Below, one piece after another: positions 6,873 through 16,033 of a stretch of DNA of 32,000 nt. Made by a program: the position numbers and the translations under genes. Below the pieces are notes generated by a model. It was not told where the DNA came from. It searched no databases and saw only the letters and a program-made list of their open reading frames with translations. Source of the stretch: Nitrosopumilales archaeon. Its GTDB lineage: Archaea > Thermoproteota > Nitrososphaeria > Nitrososphaerales > Nitrosopumilaceae. The first letter of the stretch is position 1; every line of letters starts with the position of its first letter. The stretch is taken from assembly GCA_007280335.1 (NCBI GenBank), contig QYQE01000026.1, positions 1 through 32,000 on the forward strand, given 5' to 3'.

Positions 6873-7835
6873 TTAGGTCTTGACTTGATAAATTGGCTTC
6901 TTCCCAGATAATGAAAGTACAAGATTTTTGACACAAATTTCAGCCATTTTATTTCGTGTTTCTACAGTAGAGCTGCCACTGTGAGGCATGATTACCACAT
7001 TTTCCATTTTGAAAAGAGGATGATTGGAATCAATAGGTTCTTTTGAAAATACATCAAGGCCAGCTCCCGCAATCATCTTTTTTTGTAATGCAACAACCAA
7101 ATCTTTTTCATTAATTATTTTTCCACGCGCAGTATTTATCAAAAACGCAGTCTTTTTCATTTTTTTAAGTAATTTCAAATTTACGATTTCGTTTGTTTCT
7201 CTATTATGAGGTGCATGAATACTAACAACATCGCTTTTTCTAAACAATTCGTCCAATCCACAATATTGTACACCTAGTCTTTTCTCCTCTTTTCTAGAGA
7301 GCCTAGTTCTGTTGTGGTACAAAACATTCATCTCAAAGCCTCTAGCTCTTCTTGCTACTGCCTTTCCAATTCTCCCCATTCCAAAAATTCCCAGAGTTTT
7401 CCCATAAAGATCAGTTCCCAAAAACTCGTTTGGCCCAAAGATTACCTTCCACTTTCCCTTACGAATCAACCTATCTCCTTCCCCTATCTTTCTAAAAATA
7501 GCAAGCAATAATGCCATGGTAAGGTCAGCTGTAGCTCGAGTCAATACCTCAGGAGTATAGCTTACAACGATTCCCTTTTTTCCAGCATATTTAACATCAA
7601 CGTGATCATATCCTACACTATAGGTGCTAATTGCGGCAAGTCTAGATGCAGCATCAATAACTTTTCTATCTATTCTATCATATGGATAGCAAACAAGCCC
7701 GTCCTTGTCTTTTATCTTTGATATCAACAAATCTTTTGGCATTGGAATTTTCCCAGTATGAATTTCAACATCGTATAGTTTTCGTAATTCCTTTACAGCA
7801 AAATCATGTAATGGTCTAGTGAGTAAAACTTTCAC
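6873..7835 (-). CDS. D-isomer-specific 2-hydroxyacid dehydrogenase (glyoxylate/hydroxypyruvate reductase type)
   Basis: NAD fold GIFGMGRIGKAVARRA and catalytic region NTARG...D...L, MPHSGSST. The ORF is open to 7982, but the family normally starts at MKVLLTRP. I therefore place the start at GTG 7835, giving 321 codons including the stop (320 aa). Confidence 0.8.
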   Translation of the reverse strand: MKVLLTRPLHDFAVKELRKLYDVEIHTGKIPMPKDLLISKIKDKDGLVCYPYDRIDRKVIDAASRLAAISTYSVGYDHVDVKYAGKKGIVVSYTPEVLTRATADLTMALLLAIFRKIGEGDRLIRKGKWKVIFGPNEFLGTDLYGKTLGIFGMGRIGKAVARRARGFEMNVLYHNRTRLSRKEEKRLGVQYCGLDELFRKSDVVSIHAPHNRETNEIVNLKLLKKMKKTAFLINTARGKIINEKDLVVALQKKMIAGAGLDVFSKEPIDSNHPLFKMENVVIMPHSGSSTVETRNKMAEICVKNLVLSLSGKKPIYQVKT

Positions 7836-7901
7836 AACTATTTCCCTCACAAAAAGATAGATTTTAACCTTTGATCTATTAAAAGATAACCGTTTTAACA
7901 C

Positions 7902-8870
7902 ATGATGCCTAATCATGGTATCATGGAGATAATGGGAAGAGGTTTTCGTCAGATAATGCAAGAGTCTCCAGGATACTTTCACATTGGCCTAAAATATTTT
8001 GGCTACAAGTTCTTTAATAAAAAAAGTCCAATTTATGGCTCTGCTGATATAATCAACGTATGCAATTTACACTGTACACATTGCTATTGGTGGCTAAACA
8101 GAAAAGAAAACGAAGAACTAACAGTTGAACAATGGAAAAAAATCATAGATGAAAAATTCAAGAAAAAGCACATTTTCATTGTTACTCTAGTAGGAGGAGA
8201 ACCAACAATGAGAATGGATGTCATAAAATTATTTGCCAAAGAATTTCCAAAGCGAGCATGCGTTGTATCAAACGGTACATTTCCACTAGAAAAAATCAAG
8301 AACCTATACTTTTACTGGGTATCAATAGACGGTACACAACAAGTCCATGATAGTATCCGTGGAAAAGATGCATATGAAAAGACAAAGAAAAACATCATTG
8401 ATTACATAGAAAAAAATGGAGAAAAGGCATGGAAGGACATTTGGATCTCCATGACGATTAACTCACAAAACTACAAAACAGTCAATGATGTTATCGAGGA
8501 ATGGCTACCAATTGTAAATAAAATAGGATTTCAGTTCCACACACCATTTACAAAAGGTGATCCCCTGTGGCTTCCATTTGGACCAGAAAGGACCAAAGTA
8601 GTAGATGATCTCATCGCAATGAGAGCAAAATATCCTGATTCTATCATAAATCCAGTAAAACAACTGGAATTGATGAAGAAAAACTGGGGAGGAAAAGGAA
8701 CCACGCCAGTTGACTGTCCCACTTGGGCTATTTTATCAGTAGATCATCTAGGAAGAGAAAAGATGCCATGCTGTATTGGAAGTGCAGAAAAAAATTCCAT
8801 GAAACCGATATGTGAAGAATGTGGTCTCGGATGCTATTCTGTAATGGTTGCAAACGGAATGAAAGGTTAA
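7902..8870 (+). CDS. Radical SAM protein with a C-terminal Cys-rich region
   Basis: CNLHCTHCYW is the CxxxCxxC motif and VGGEPTM is the GGEP motif. The C-terminal cysteines read DCPTW...PCCIGS...PICEECGLGCY. From memory the overall layout resembles HpnH/DUF3463-type rSAMs. The start could be 7902, 7923, 7932 or 7956. Confidence 0.8.
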   Translation: MMPNHGIMEIMGRGFRQIMQESPGYFHIGLKYFGYKFFNKKSPIYGSADIINVCNLHCTHCYWWLNRKENEELTVEQWKKIIDEKFKKKHIFIVTLVGGEPTMRMDVIKLFAKEFPKRACVVSNGTFPLEKIKNLYFYWVSIDGTQQVHDSIRGKDAYEKTKKNIIDYIEKNGEKAWKDIWISMTINSQNYKTVNDVIEEWLPIVNKIGFQFHTPFTKGDPLWLPFGPERTKVVDDLIAMRAKYPDSIINPVKQLELMKKNWGGKGTTPVDCPTWAILSVDHLGREKMPCCIGSAEKNSMKPICEECGLGCYSVMVANGMKG

Positions 8871-8888
8871 GTCTTCTATAACAACTCA

Positions 8889-8897
8889 TTTATAATA
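8889..8897 (+). promoter_or_regulatory. TATA-box-like element TTTATAATA
   Basis: It is centred about 26 nt upstream of TTG 8919, which is the expected archaeal TATA-to-start spacing. AT-rich background makes chance matches likely. Confidence 0.3.
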
Positions 8898-8918
8898 AAA
8901 TGCTGTAATGATATCAAT

Positions 8919-9053
8919 TTGAAACACAAGGACGAGTTTGCAATTTGTATCCAGTGTGCAAACCCAATAGAGAAATGTGTTTGTGTTTGTCCTTTTTGTG
9001 GAGAACGTGACAAGTGCGAGTGTGCACTTGGCGATGCAGCTACTGGCGGATAA
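8919..9053 (+). CDS. Unlisted 44-codon cysteine-rich micro-ORF
   Basis: Hand translation gives (L/M)KHKDEFAICIQCANPIEKCVCVCPFCGERDKCECALGDAATGG, stop TAA 9051-9053. The 8 Cys are arranged CxxC-x6-CxCxCxxC-x5-CxC. It starts with TTG and has no in-frame ATG or GTG. It is in the same frame as the upstream radical SAM gene. Confidence 0.35.
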   Translation: MKHKDEFAICIQCANPIEKCVCVCPFCGERDKCECALGDAATGG

Positions 9054-9078
9054 TCATAGCATTGTTAATATTTGCTCA

Positions 9079-11007
9079 ATGTCTAGGTTTGATATGTCTT
9101 CTATAGATCTAACATGGGTTATAGGTGGTCCTCAAGGAGGCGGTGTAGAAACCGCAGCTAACATTTTTGCAGGCGCATGTGCAGCATCTGGTTTGAAAAT
9201 ATTTGGAAAACGTGAATATTATTCAAACATTAAAGGAGAACATAGTTATTTTGGAGTTAGAGTTTCAGATAAAACAATTCGCTCTAATGTAACCGGTGTA
9301 ACAATGCTTGCAGCATTTGATGCTGAAACAATATTTCGACACGCAGACGATGTTTTCAATGATGGTGCCATAATTTACGAGTCTGATCTTGCACCAATGA
9401 AAATAGAAGAAGTTCCTACACTAGATCACGAGTTCAAGGAAAGACTAGTAAAATACCTGACATCAAAAAACAAGCCATTAACTATACAGGGAGCACTGGA
9501 TGCAGCAAAAGAGCGCGGAGTCCAACTATACCCTGTCTCATTTAAGACGATTTTATCCAATCTGGCAGACGAAACGCAAAATCCAAAGCTTAGGGGCATG
9601 TTTAGAATGCTTAACGTTCTTGCTGTTTCGGTATCGCTTGGAATTTTGAGTCTACCTTCTGACACTTTACTCAAATCAGTTGAGTCTATTTTTTCAAGAA
9701 AGAAAGAGATTGCTGAGATGAACAAGCACGCAGCAAACTATGCGTATAATTTTGCGACTGCAAAATATCCAAAGTACAAGTATCAACTTTCACCAATCCA
9801 AAAGGAACCAGATACAATAATGCTTCAAGGCTTTCAATCAACAGGTCTTGGCAAGATAGCAAGCGGTTGCAGATTCCAATCATATTATCCTATTACTCCT
9901 GCTTCTGACGAAAGTGTATTTTTGGAATCAAATGAAACCTTTGATGTAGAAAATAACAGGCCGGGCTCTACAATGATTGTACAAACAGAAGATGAAATTT
10001 CTGCAATTGGAATGACAATTGGTGCGGCACTTACTGGAACGCGCTCTGCTACTTGTACATCAGGTCCAGGATTTTCCTTGATGTCTGAAGCTCTTGGATG
10101 GGCTGGAATAAATGAAGTGCCAATTGTAGTGACACTATACCAAAGAAGTGGACCATCAACAGGTCTTCCAACAAGACATGGTCAGGATGATTTACAATCT
10201 GCAATACATGCAGGGCATGGAGATTTTCCAAGAATTGTCTATGCATCAGGGGACATGGAAGAAGGATTCTATGATACTGCAAAATGTTTCAACTTTGCAG
10301 AAATTTTCCAGATGCCAGTTATACACATGATGGACAAATTCATTGCAAGTACAGTTGCAACCGTAAAAAGATTTGATCCAAAAAAAATTACAATTGAACG
10401 GGGCAAGCTTTTAGAAAAAATTGAATCATATGATTACAAAAGATTTGCTCGCTCTCCTGACGGGCTATCGCCACGCTCAAGACTTGGACTGGAAAAGGGA
10501 ATATTTTGGAACACTGGAGATGAGAGCGATGAATATGGTCATATATCTGAAGATCCAGAAAACAGAATTTTCAAGATGGACAAGCGTGCTACAAAGCTAG
10601 AGTTTGCCCTAAAAACAATATCCAAGGAAGACCAGGCTACAAACTATGGTGTTTCAGAATTTTGTATAATAAGCTGGGGCTCAACCAAAGGACCCATCTT
10701 AGATGCAATTGAAATGCTAAAAAAAGAAGGATTTGCAATAGGCTTTATCCAGATCAAATTATTACAGCCATTTCCAACTGATTATATCAAATCTTTGGTA
10801 AATGGAGCAAAGACAATCATAGACATAGAGGCAAACCACTCTGCACAGCTTGGATCTTTACTAAACGAACACTTGGATCACAAAGTCGATTATTATATTG
10901 TAAAATATACTGGAAGGTCAATGACTTGCACTGAAATTTATGATTCATTAAAAAAAATACTACAAAACAAGGCAGAAAAAAGACAGGTGTTAACATATGG
11001 TGTCTAA
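9079..11007 (+). CDS. 2-oxoacid:ferredoxin oxidoreductase, alpha subunit (fused gamma-alpha type)
   Basis: [17 protein letters not shown] is the gamma-like domain, and [10 protein letters not shown] and [15 protein letters not shown] are the alpha domain. The track ORF starts at 8977, but ATG 9079 or 9094 fits the family N-terminus. It overlaps the beta gene by 11 nt. Confidence 0.85.
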   Translation: MSRFDMSSIDLTWVIGGPQGGGVETAANIFAGACAASGLKIFGKREYYSNIKGEHSYFGVRVSDKTIRSNVTGVTMLAAFDAETIFRHADDVFNDGAIIYESDLAPMKIEEVPTLDHEFKERLVKYLTSKNKPLTIQGALDAAKERGVQLYPVSFKTILSNLADETQNPKLRGMFRMLNVLAVSVSLGILSLPSDTLLKSVESIFSRKKEIAEMNKHAANYAYNFATAKYPKYKYQLSPIQKEPDTIMLQGFQSTGLGKIASGCRFQSYYPITPASDESVFLESNETFDVENNRPGSTMIVQTEDEISAIGMTIGAALTGTRSATCTSGPGFSLMSEALGWAGINEVPIVVTLYQRSGPSTGLPTRHGQDDLQSAIHAGHGDFPRIVYASGDMEEGFYDTAKCFNFAEIFQMPVIHMMDKFIASTVATVKRFDPKKITIERGKLLEKIESYDYKRFARSPDGLSPRSRLGLEKGIFWNTGDESDEYGHISEDPENRIFKMDKRATKLEFALKTISKEDQATNYGVSEFCIISWGSTKGPILDAIEMLKKEGFAIGFIQIKLLQPFPTDYIKSLVNGAKTIIDIEANHSAQLGSLLNEHLDHKVDYYIVKYTGRSMTCTEIYDSLKKILQNKAEKRQVLTYGV

Positions 11008-13060
11008 TTTATCCGATTACAAGACAGAGGTCCACAATGACTGGTGCCCAGGGTGTGTACTACCTGATACTCTTCTCCACTGTAATCCGTCTGTTAAACA
11101 AATTCAACAAGTCAAGGTAGGTGAGCGAGTTCTTGGCCGAGACGGTCTTTATCATAAGGTAAGTGAGATCATAACACACATTCACAGAGGGAAACTGTTC
11201 AAGCTTGTCACAAAATGCTTTGGGGTAACATATCTGACAGAAGAACATCCCGTCTTGATAGTAAGACGTGATCATCAAAAATTACACAACAAAAAATTTG
11301 ATGCAGTCTGGACACGGGCAGACGAAATCAAAACAAAAGACTATCTTGTGTATCCAATTCAAAAAGAAGAGGTAGACAAAGACTATATCGAAGTTGATTA
11401 TCAACTAAAGGAAAAGGATACAGTATCCAAGCCTCTTCCAGCCAAGATTCCACTCAACGAAGATTTTCTAAGATTGATGGGATACTATATCGCTGAAGGG
11501 TATGTACATGATAGAGAGATTAATTTCACCTTCAATTCGAGTGAAACTGAATTTTTAGACGATGTTCAAAATATCATGTCTCAAACGTTTGGCCTAAACG
11601 GGACAAAAAGCAGCAAAAGAAATGCAACCACAATAACCTTCTACTCGGCGCCTCTTGGAAGGCTGTTTTTGGATTGGTTTGGTCACAAATCATACAACAA
11701 GAAGATACCGCATTTTGCAATGCTTCTTCCTGCACAAAAACAAAAGGATCTTATCAAAGGTTTGTGGCGCGGGGATGGATGGATAAGCACACAACAATTG
11801 CGAGGCAACTTTAAGACTACATCGAAGACCCTGTGTGAGCAGCTAAAGGCCCTTCTGCTAAGACAAGGGGTGGTTCCAATAATTACTGTTGGCAAGAAAA
11901 AAGGAATTCACCGAGAATCATATTCAATTCAGATTGTAAATGATCGCGATTTTGCAGTATTGTGCAAGATACTAGATGAAAAGGTAGAGTCAAAAGTTCA
12001 CATCGGAAAACTACCTTCATCAATTGTTACGCCTGATTATGTCCTAATTCCGATAAAAGAGATTGAGAGTTTTGACTATGATGGGCCGGTTTACAACCTT
12101 GAAGTCGATGATGTAAACTCGTATGTAAGCGAAAATGCAATTTTACACAATTGTGGAGACTTTGGAATTGTAAGTGCAATACAAATGGCACTAGCAGAAA
12201 TGGAAATTCCAAGAGACAAAGCTGCTATCTTTTCAGGAGTTGGCTGTTCAGGAAAGACATCTCATTTTGTAAACGTATACGGAGTCCATACTTTGCATGG
12301 ACGAGTTTTGACATTTGCACAGGGTGCAAAGCTTGCAAATCCAGAGATGACAATTATTGCGGCAGGAGGAGATGGAGATGGATTGGGAATTGGCGCTGGA
12401 CACTTTGTTGCAGCTGGCAGAAGAAACGTTGACATGACATACATCATTTTCAATAATGGGGTATATGGTTTGACAAAAGGCCAAGCCTCTCCAACTTTGA
12501 AGCTGGGATTGAAAACAAAATCACTTCCAGAACCAAATGTTAACCAAGCCGTAAATCCAATCGCACTTGCAATTGCAAGCGGCTTTACATTTGTTGCAAG
12601 AGGATATGCTTATGATGTAAGACAGCTAAAAGATTTGATTGTTTCTGCAGTAAAACATAGAGGACTAGCATTTTTGGATGTTCTTCAACCATGTCCGACA
12701 TACAACGACATCAACACAAGAGATTGGTTTTCAGGAATGGATAACATAGACGAGATGACAAAAAAACCGCAACCAAGAATATACAAGCTTGAAGACACAA
12801 ATTATGATCCCACGGTGCATATTGACTCACAAGAGGAAGAAAATGAAAAGCTGGCACAAGCTTTAATCAAATCAAATGAATGGGGTGAAAAAATACCAAC
12901 AGGCATATTCTATCAAAATGAGCTTATTGCTCCATATGATCAAAGAATTGCAGACAGAATTCCAAACTATCTTGAGAATCCACCATCTGCTCAGGAAATT
13001 ACATCTAATGGAAAACCAATCACAGACATCTCAAAAATATTGGACTCACTCCAAGTCTAA
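10997..13060 (+). CDS. 2-oxoacid:ferredoxin oxidoreductase, beta (TPP-binding) subunit, interrupted by an intein
   Basis: The exteins read DWCPG...[20 protein letters not shown] and [15 protein letters not shown]...[12 protein letters not shown] (TPP motif). The ORF is 687 aa, of which 366 are the insert. The remaining 321 aa is a normal beta subunit length. Confidence 0.9.
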   Translation: MVSNLSDYKTEVHNDWCPGCVLPDTLLHCNPSVKQIQQVKVGERVLGRDGLYHKVSEIITHIHRGKLFKLVTKCFGVTYLTEEHPVLIVRRDHQKLHNKKFDAVWTRADEIKTKDYLVYPIQKEEVDKDYIEVDYQLKEKDTVSKPLPAKIPLNEDFLRLMGYYIAEGYVHDREINFTFNSSETEFLDDVQNIMSQTFGLNGTKSSKRNATTITFYSAPLGRLFLDWFGHKSYNKKIPHFAMLLPAQKQKDLIKGLWRGDGWISTQQLRGNFKTTSKTLCEQLKALLLRQGVVPIITVGKKKGIHRESYSIQIVNDRDFAVLCKILDEKVESKVHIGKLPSSIVTPDYVLIPIKEIESFDYDGPVYNLEVDDVNSYVSENAILHNCGDFGIVSAIQMALAEMEIPRDKAAIFSGVGCSGKTSHFVNVYGVHTLHGRVLTFAQGAKLANPEMTIIAAGGDGDGLGIGAGHFVAAGRRNVDMTYIIFNNGVYGLTKGQASPTLKLGLKTKSLPEPNVNQAVNPIALAIASGFTFVARGYAYDVRQLKDLIVSAVKHRGLAFLDVLQPCPTYNDINTRDWFSGMDNIDEMTKKPQPRIYKLEDTNYDPTVHIDSQEEENEKLAQALIKSNEWGEKIPTGIFYQNELIAPYDQRIADRIPNYLENPPSAQEITSNGKPITDISKILDSLQV
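11054..12151 (+). mobile_element. Class 1 intein with a LAGLIDADG homing endonuclease domain (366 codons)
   Basis: Block A is CVLPDTLL with Cys1 and block B is LTEEHPVL (TxxH). The LAGLIDADG motifs are [13 protein letters not shown] and [13 protein letters not shown]. Blocks F/G read [21 protein letters not shown] followed by Cys+1. Excision rejoins WCPG and CGDFG. Confidence 0.85.
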
Positions 13061-13136
13061 AAATTATTCAATCTATGTGGTAGGCGTCAAGAACGAAATA
13101 AGTTATTAGCATGTTGAGTTTGAGAGTATTTTATCG

Positions 13137-13571
13137 TTGAATATATCAGAAGTAAACAAGGTATTTCGAAAATCTATAATCAAGGGTTACTTTGAGCCAA
13201 GCCTTCTGAATCTTGATTTCAAAAAATCAAACATCAAGCATCCCACAATTCATGATGAAGGTCTTATGCAATCACACTTATTGCATCTTTTTTTTGACAT
13301 TGATACAGGTGGTGACTATCCTGATGGTGACGAGTGGTTCATGGCAGAATATCTTTTCCCTTATAATATAAAAATTCCAGACACAATGAAAGGAACAGAT
13401 TATTTTAGTACAATGTCAGTTGGAGAAGGAAAAAACTTTTGGCGTCATAGGGAAATGATCCGTTACAAATACGGCAAATCAAAAAAACTAGAAGAAGCTC
13501 TTGAATTTTTAGAAAAAAAATACCAAGAACTACAATCGATGTTAGAACCACTAGAAAAAGAAATCAAGTAA
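13137..13571 (+). CDS. Hypothetical protein
   Basis: 144-aa ORF with a TTG start, an acidic DIDTGGDYPDGDEW segment and a predicted coiled-coil C-terminus. No recognisable family. Confidence 0.4.
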   Translation: MNISEVNKVFRKSIIKGYFEPSLLNLDFKKSNIKHPTIHDEGLMQSHLLHLFFDIDTGGDYPDGDEWFMAEYLFPYNIKIPDTMKGTDYFSTMSVGEGKNFWRHREMIRYKYGKSKKLEEALEFLEKKYQELQSMLEPLEKEIK

Positions 13572-14094
13572 GTTTCCATTCATTTTTTAAAAAAACATAT
13601 GTAGTATCATTAGAATCTGAAGTATGTACATTCCACTTTCCTACAGTCTCATCAAATTCATAAATTACGTCACTGATATTTTGAGGAATTTTTCTTGGAT
13701 CAAGCTGGAACGGAAGAAGCTCTAAAACAAAATCTATTTTATCAATTGCAGTATTAAACCAAGTGTTCTCTTGTAAATCTACAACAAAATTTATGTTCGG
13801 ATTACCGACAAATCGAATGAAAGTTTGCAGTGTCCGTCCATTTCCCCTGCGTCTTTTTAACTCTTTTAGCAGTCCTTTTGTTTTGTCCCACCTTGCATTT
13901 CCAAACCATTTAAAAAATGCTTCATTGAATGCCAATGGAAAAGCGATATCTAACATTGTAGTATAATCTTCATATTGTTGAGGAATAGGATGTTCTTCTA
14001 CTTTGAACATGGCATTTAACAATCCATAAAGTACCTCAAGTTCCCAAGGTGAAATCCCGTAATATTTTAGTGATGCTACAAGCTTGGAACTCAT
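13564..14094 (-). CDS. Hypothetical protein
   Basis: 176-aa ORF with an ATG start and protein-like composition. It lies 34 nt downstream of the previous minus-strand gene. No recognisable motif. Confidence 0.5.
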   Translation of the reverse strand: MSSKLVASLKYYGISPWELEVLYGLLNAMFKVEEHPIPQQYEDYTTMLDIAFPLAFNEAFFKWFGNARWDKTKGLLKELKRRRGNGRTLQTFIRFVGNPNINFVVDLQENTWFNTAIDKIDFVLELLPFQLDPRKIPQNISDVIYEFDETVGKWNVHTSDSNDTTYVFLKNEWKLT

Positions 14095-14128
14095 TATTTT
14101 TATTAGTGAAAAAATCTAATTAAAGGTT

Positions 14129-14680
14129 CTAGATTGTAAGCAGGTATTTTATCAGATAAAGAGATCCGATTGTTCCAATTACAAATACCATTGGCTTCCA
14201 AGCAAAGACTGGGAAACTAGGCGTCTTGAGCTGGATTTTATAATTATCAAAGACAGTTTGTACGTATTTCTTTATTCTTTCATTCCAGATCTTGTATTCT
14301 ATTTGGTGCTTTTTTAGTAGCATCTCTACCTCGTAAAAAACAGGAGTTCTTTGGCAAAACAGGTGCTGCAAATAGTCTCTTGAAACCTCTACTTCAGCTT
14401 GTATAGCAACTAATCCCTTTTTCATCTCAAGCAATCTTACATGCATCTCCCATGGTTTTTTCAATTTTAATGAAAGGCCATGTCCTATCTGCAATGGCTG
14501 CTTGTGTTCAAATTTGACATGGGTAAAGCCTTCATGTGAAAATATCTTCAACAACTCATCAACACTATTTTTGACAACGATAGTTAGCTGTTCTACGCCC
14601 TTCCTATCCACTGATATCTTTTCTCTCTTACCGTCAAGTAGGGATACCGTCTTTGGATATCTAGTCAGGAACTCTACCAT
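14129..14680 (-). CDS. Hypothetical protein with a C-terminal transmembrane anchor
   Basis: 183-aa ORF with a hydrophobic tail FPVFAWKPMVFVIGTIGSLYLIKYLL. It lies 44 nt downstream of cofE on the same strand. Confidence 0.5.
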   Translation of the reverse strand: MVEFLTRYPKTVSLLDGKREKISVDRKGVEQLTIVVKNSVDELLKIFSHEGFTHVKFEHKQPLQIGHGLSLKLKKPWEMHVRLLEMKKGLVAIQAEVEVSRDYLQHLFCQRTPVFYEVEMLLKKHQIEYKIWNERIKKYVQTVFDNYKIQLKTPSFPVFAWKPMVFVIGTIGSLYLIKYLLTI

Positions 14681-14724
14681 TATAGCTCAACCTCCATTTG
14701 ACCTCTATTAAAAGTATGACTGTT

Positions 14725-15495
14725 CTAGTTTTTTGTTCCTAGTCCACGAACGTAGACACACTGGTCATGCGATATAGCCATCTCGTTCTGGCTTATCTTC
14801 CTGTCTGTTATTTGTGCCTCTGAGTTTTTTATTACACAAAATGGAATTGCATCAGAACCCTCTCCCATCTTGAGATTTGCTATTGATGCAAGGTTATCAG
14901 CTACTGCCTGAAATGTAACTTTAAGCGGATTCCCAAAAAGATCTTTTTGACCCCGTATATCAGATAATGGCTCTATTCCTGCACATGCAATAGCAATGCC
15001 AACCGTGCCAACTCTTGCAGGCATTAACCGGCTGTCTATGATTATGACTCCAACATGTATCAAATATTTTAAGAAAATTTTTCGTCGCAGTTGTTCTGTA
15101 ACACGATACGCATCTATGGGATACAAAATTATCTTTCCTTTCTGTGCATTTGATTTATCAATTCCTGCATTTGGGGCCATTATGTTATCAGCTGATGTAA
15201 TTACAAATCCAGGTACTCCGCCAAAAATAGTATCAGACTCTCGCAATATGATTTCTGCAATCTTGGGATTGATTTGAAATTTTTTACCAAGTGATTTGGA
15301 CTCTTTAGATGGAACAACATATTCATAATTAACAACCCTGCCTTGAGAATTTGCAACGAACTTGCTTGAAATTATGATTACGTCTCCATTTTCCAGGGTT
15401 ATCTTAGTTCTTTCTAACGAACTAATCAAGGATTCAAAGAGATCAAATTCTTCTGTTTTTACCTCTGATTTTATAGGATAAACGGAAAGAGACAT
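14725..15495 (-). CDS. cofE: Coenzyme F420-0:L-glutamate ligase
   Basis: APNAGIDKSNA, IIIDSRLMPARVGTVGIAIACAG, IRGQKDLFGNPLKVT and ADNLASIANLKMGEGSD match CofE motifs. Confidence 0.8.
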   Translation of the reverse strand: MSLSVYPIKSEVKTEEFDLFESLISSLERTKITLENGDVIIISSKFVANSQGRVVNYEYVVPSKESKSLGKKFQINPKIAEIILRESDTIFGGVPGFVITSADNIMAPNAGIDKSNAQKGKIILYPIDAYRVTEQLRRKIFLKYLIHVGVIIIDSRLMPARVGTVGIAIACAGIEPLSDIRGQKDLFGNPLKVTFQAVADNLASIANLKMGEGSDAIPFCVIKNSEAQITDRKISQNEMAISHDQCVYVRGLGTKN

Positions 15496-15600
15496 GATAT
15501 GGTTTTATTCTCTTTACTTTTTAGCGTTCTGTATACATAAGACCACTCAAATATGGATTCAAATCATCATCTTTTTTTAACATAGACTCAGTTTATTGCC

Positions 15601-15999
15601 GTGGGATTATTCTCCAGAAAAGAAGAATTTTGTACTATTTGCAACAAGAGTATTTTTCGTAAACATAAACCAAAGCGTGATTGGAATGTTGAGGGTCCAC
15701 TATGTGCAGATTGTTATGTGGATGTAATGAAAAAACATTATGAAAATAATAATGAAAATGAATGTGTTGTATGTGGAAAAGAACCAGGATCGTTTAGCTT
15801 ATGGAAGCCAAAAAAGGAATGGGACATAAAAGGTTGGCTTTGCAAGACTTGTTTTGAGGAAAAAGAAAAATTAGATAACGAATCAAAAAAATTCTGTAGC
15901 ATATGTGGTACCAAACTCAGCTTTATCAGTTATAGCCCAAAAAAAGAATGGAGTATCAAGGGGTACATGTGCAAAATTTGTTGGAATTCAAAAAATTAA
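15601..15999 (+). CDS. Protein built of three tandem zinc-ribbon repeats
   Basis: GTG start. The three modules of about 44 aa each carry CxxC...PK(K/R)(E/D)WxhxGxhCxxC(Y/F/W). They are CTIC..KRDWNVEGPLCADCY, CVVC..KKEWDIKGWLCKTCF and CSIC..KKEWSIKGYMCKICW. Confidence 0.6.
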   Translation: MGLFSRKEEFCTICNKSIFRKHKPKRDWNVEGPLCADCYVDVMKKHYENNNENECVVCGKEPGSFSLWKPKKEWDIKGWLCKTCFEEKEKLDNESKKFCSICGTKLSFISYSPKKEWSIKGYMCKICWNSKN

Positions 16000-16033
16000 G
16001 ATTAGTGTCATAATTGTACTGTACCAAAATAGT

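Noticed and set aside
7836-7982. Apparent 81-nt head-to-head overlap of the 2-hydroxyacid dehydrogenase ORF (open to 7982) with the radical-SAM ORF (from 7902)
   Set aside because: This is an ORF-extension artefact. The dehydrogenase family N-terminus MKVLLTRP corresponds to GTG 7835, and the residues upstream have no counterpart in the family.
8977-9078. N-terminal extension of the oxidoreductase alpha ORF (MFVFVLFVENVTSASVHLAMQLLADNHSIVNICS)
   Set aside because: It starts with GTG and has odd composition with no counterpart in alpha subunits. The family N-terminus begins near ATG 9079/9094. The extension overlaps the Cys-rich micro-ORF in another frame.
12027-12484. Several 60-93-aa ORFs on both strands inside the oxidoreductase beta gene
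   Set aside because: They are embedded in the strongly conserved TPP-binding extein and intein C-terminus. They are Cys/Arg/Trp-rich or otherwise non-protein-like.
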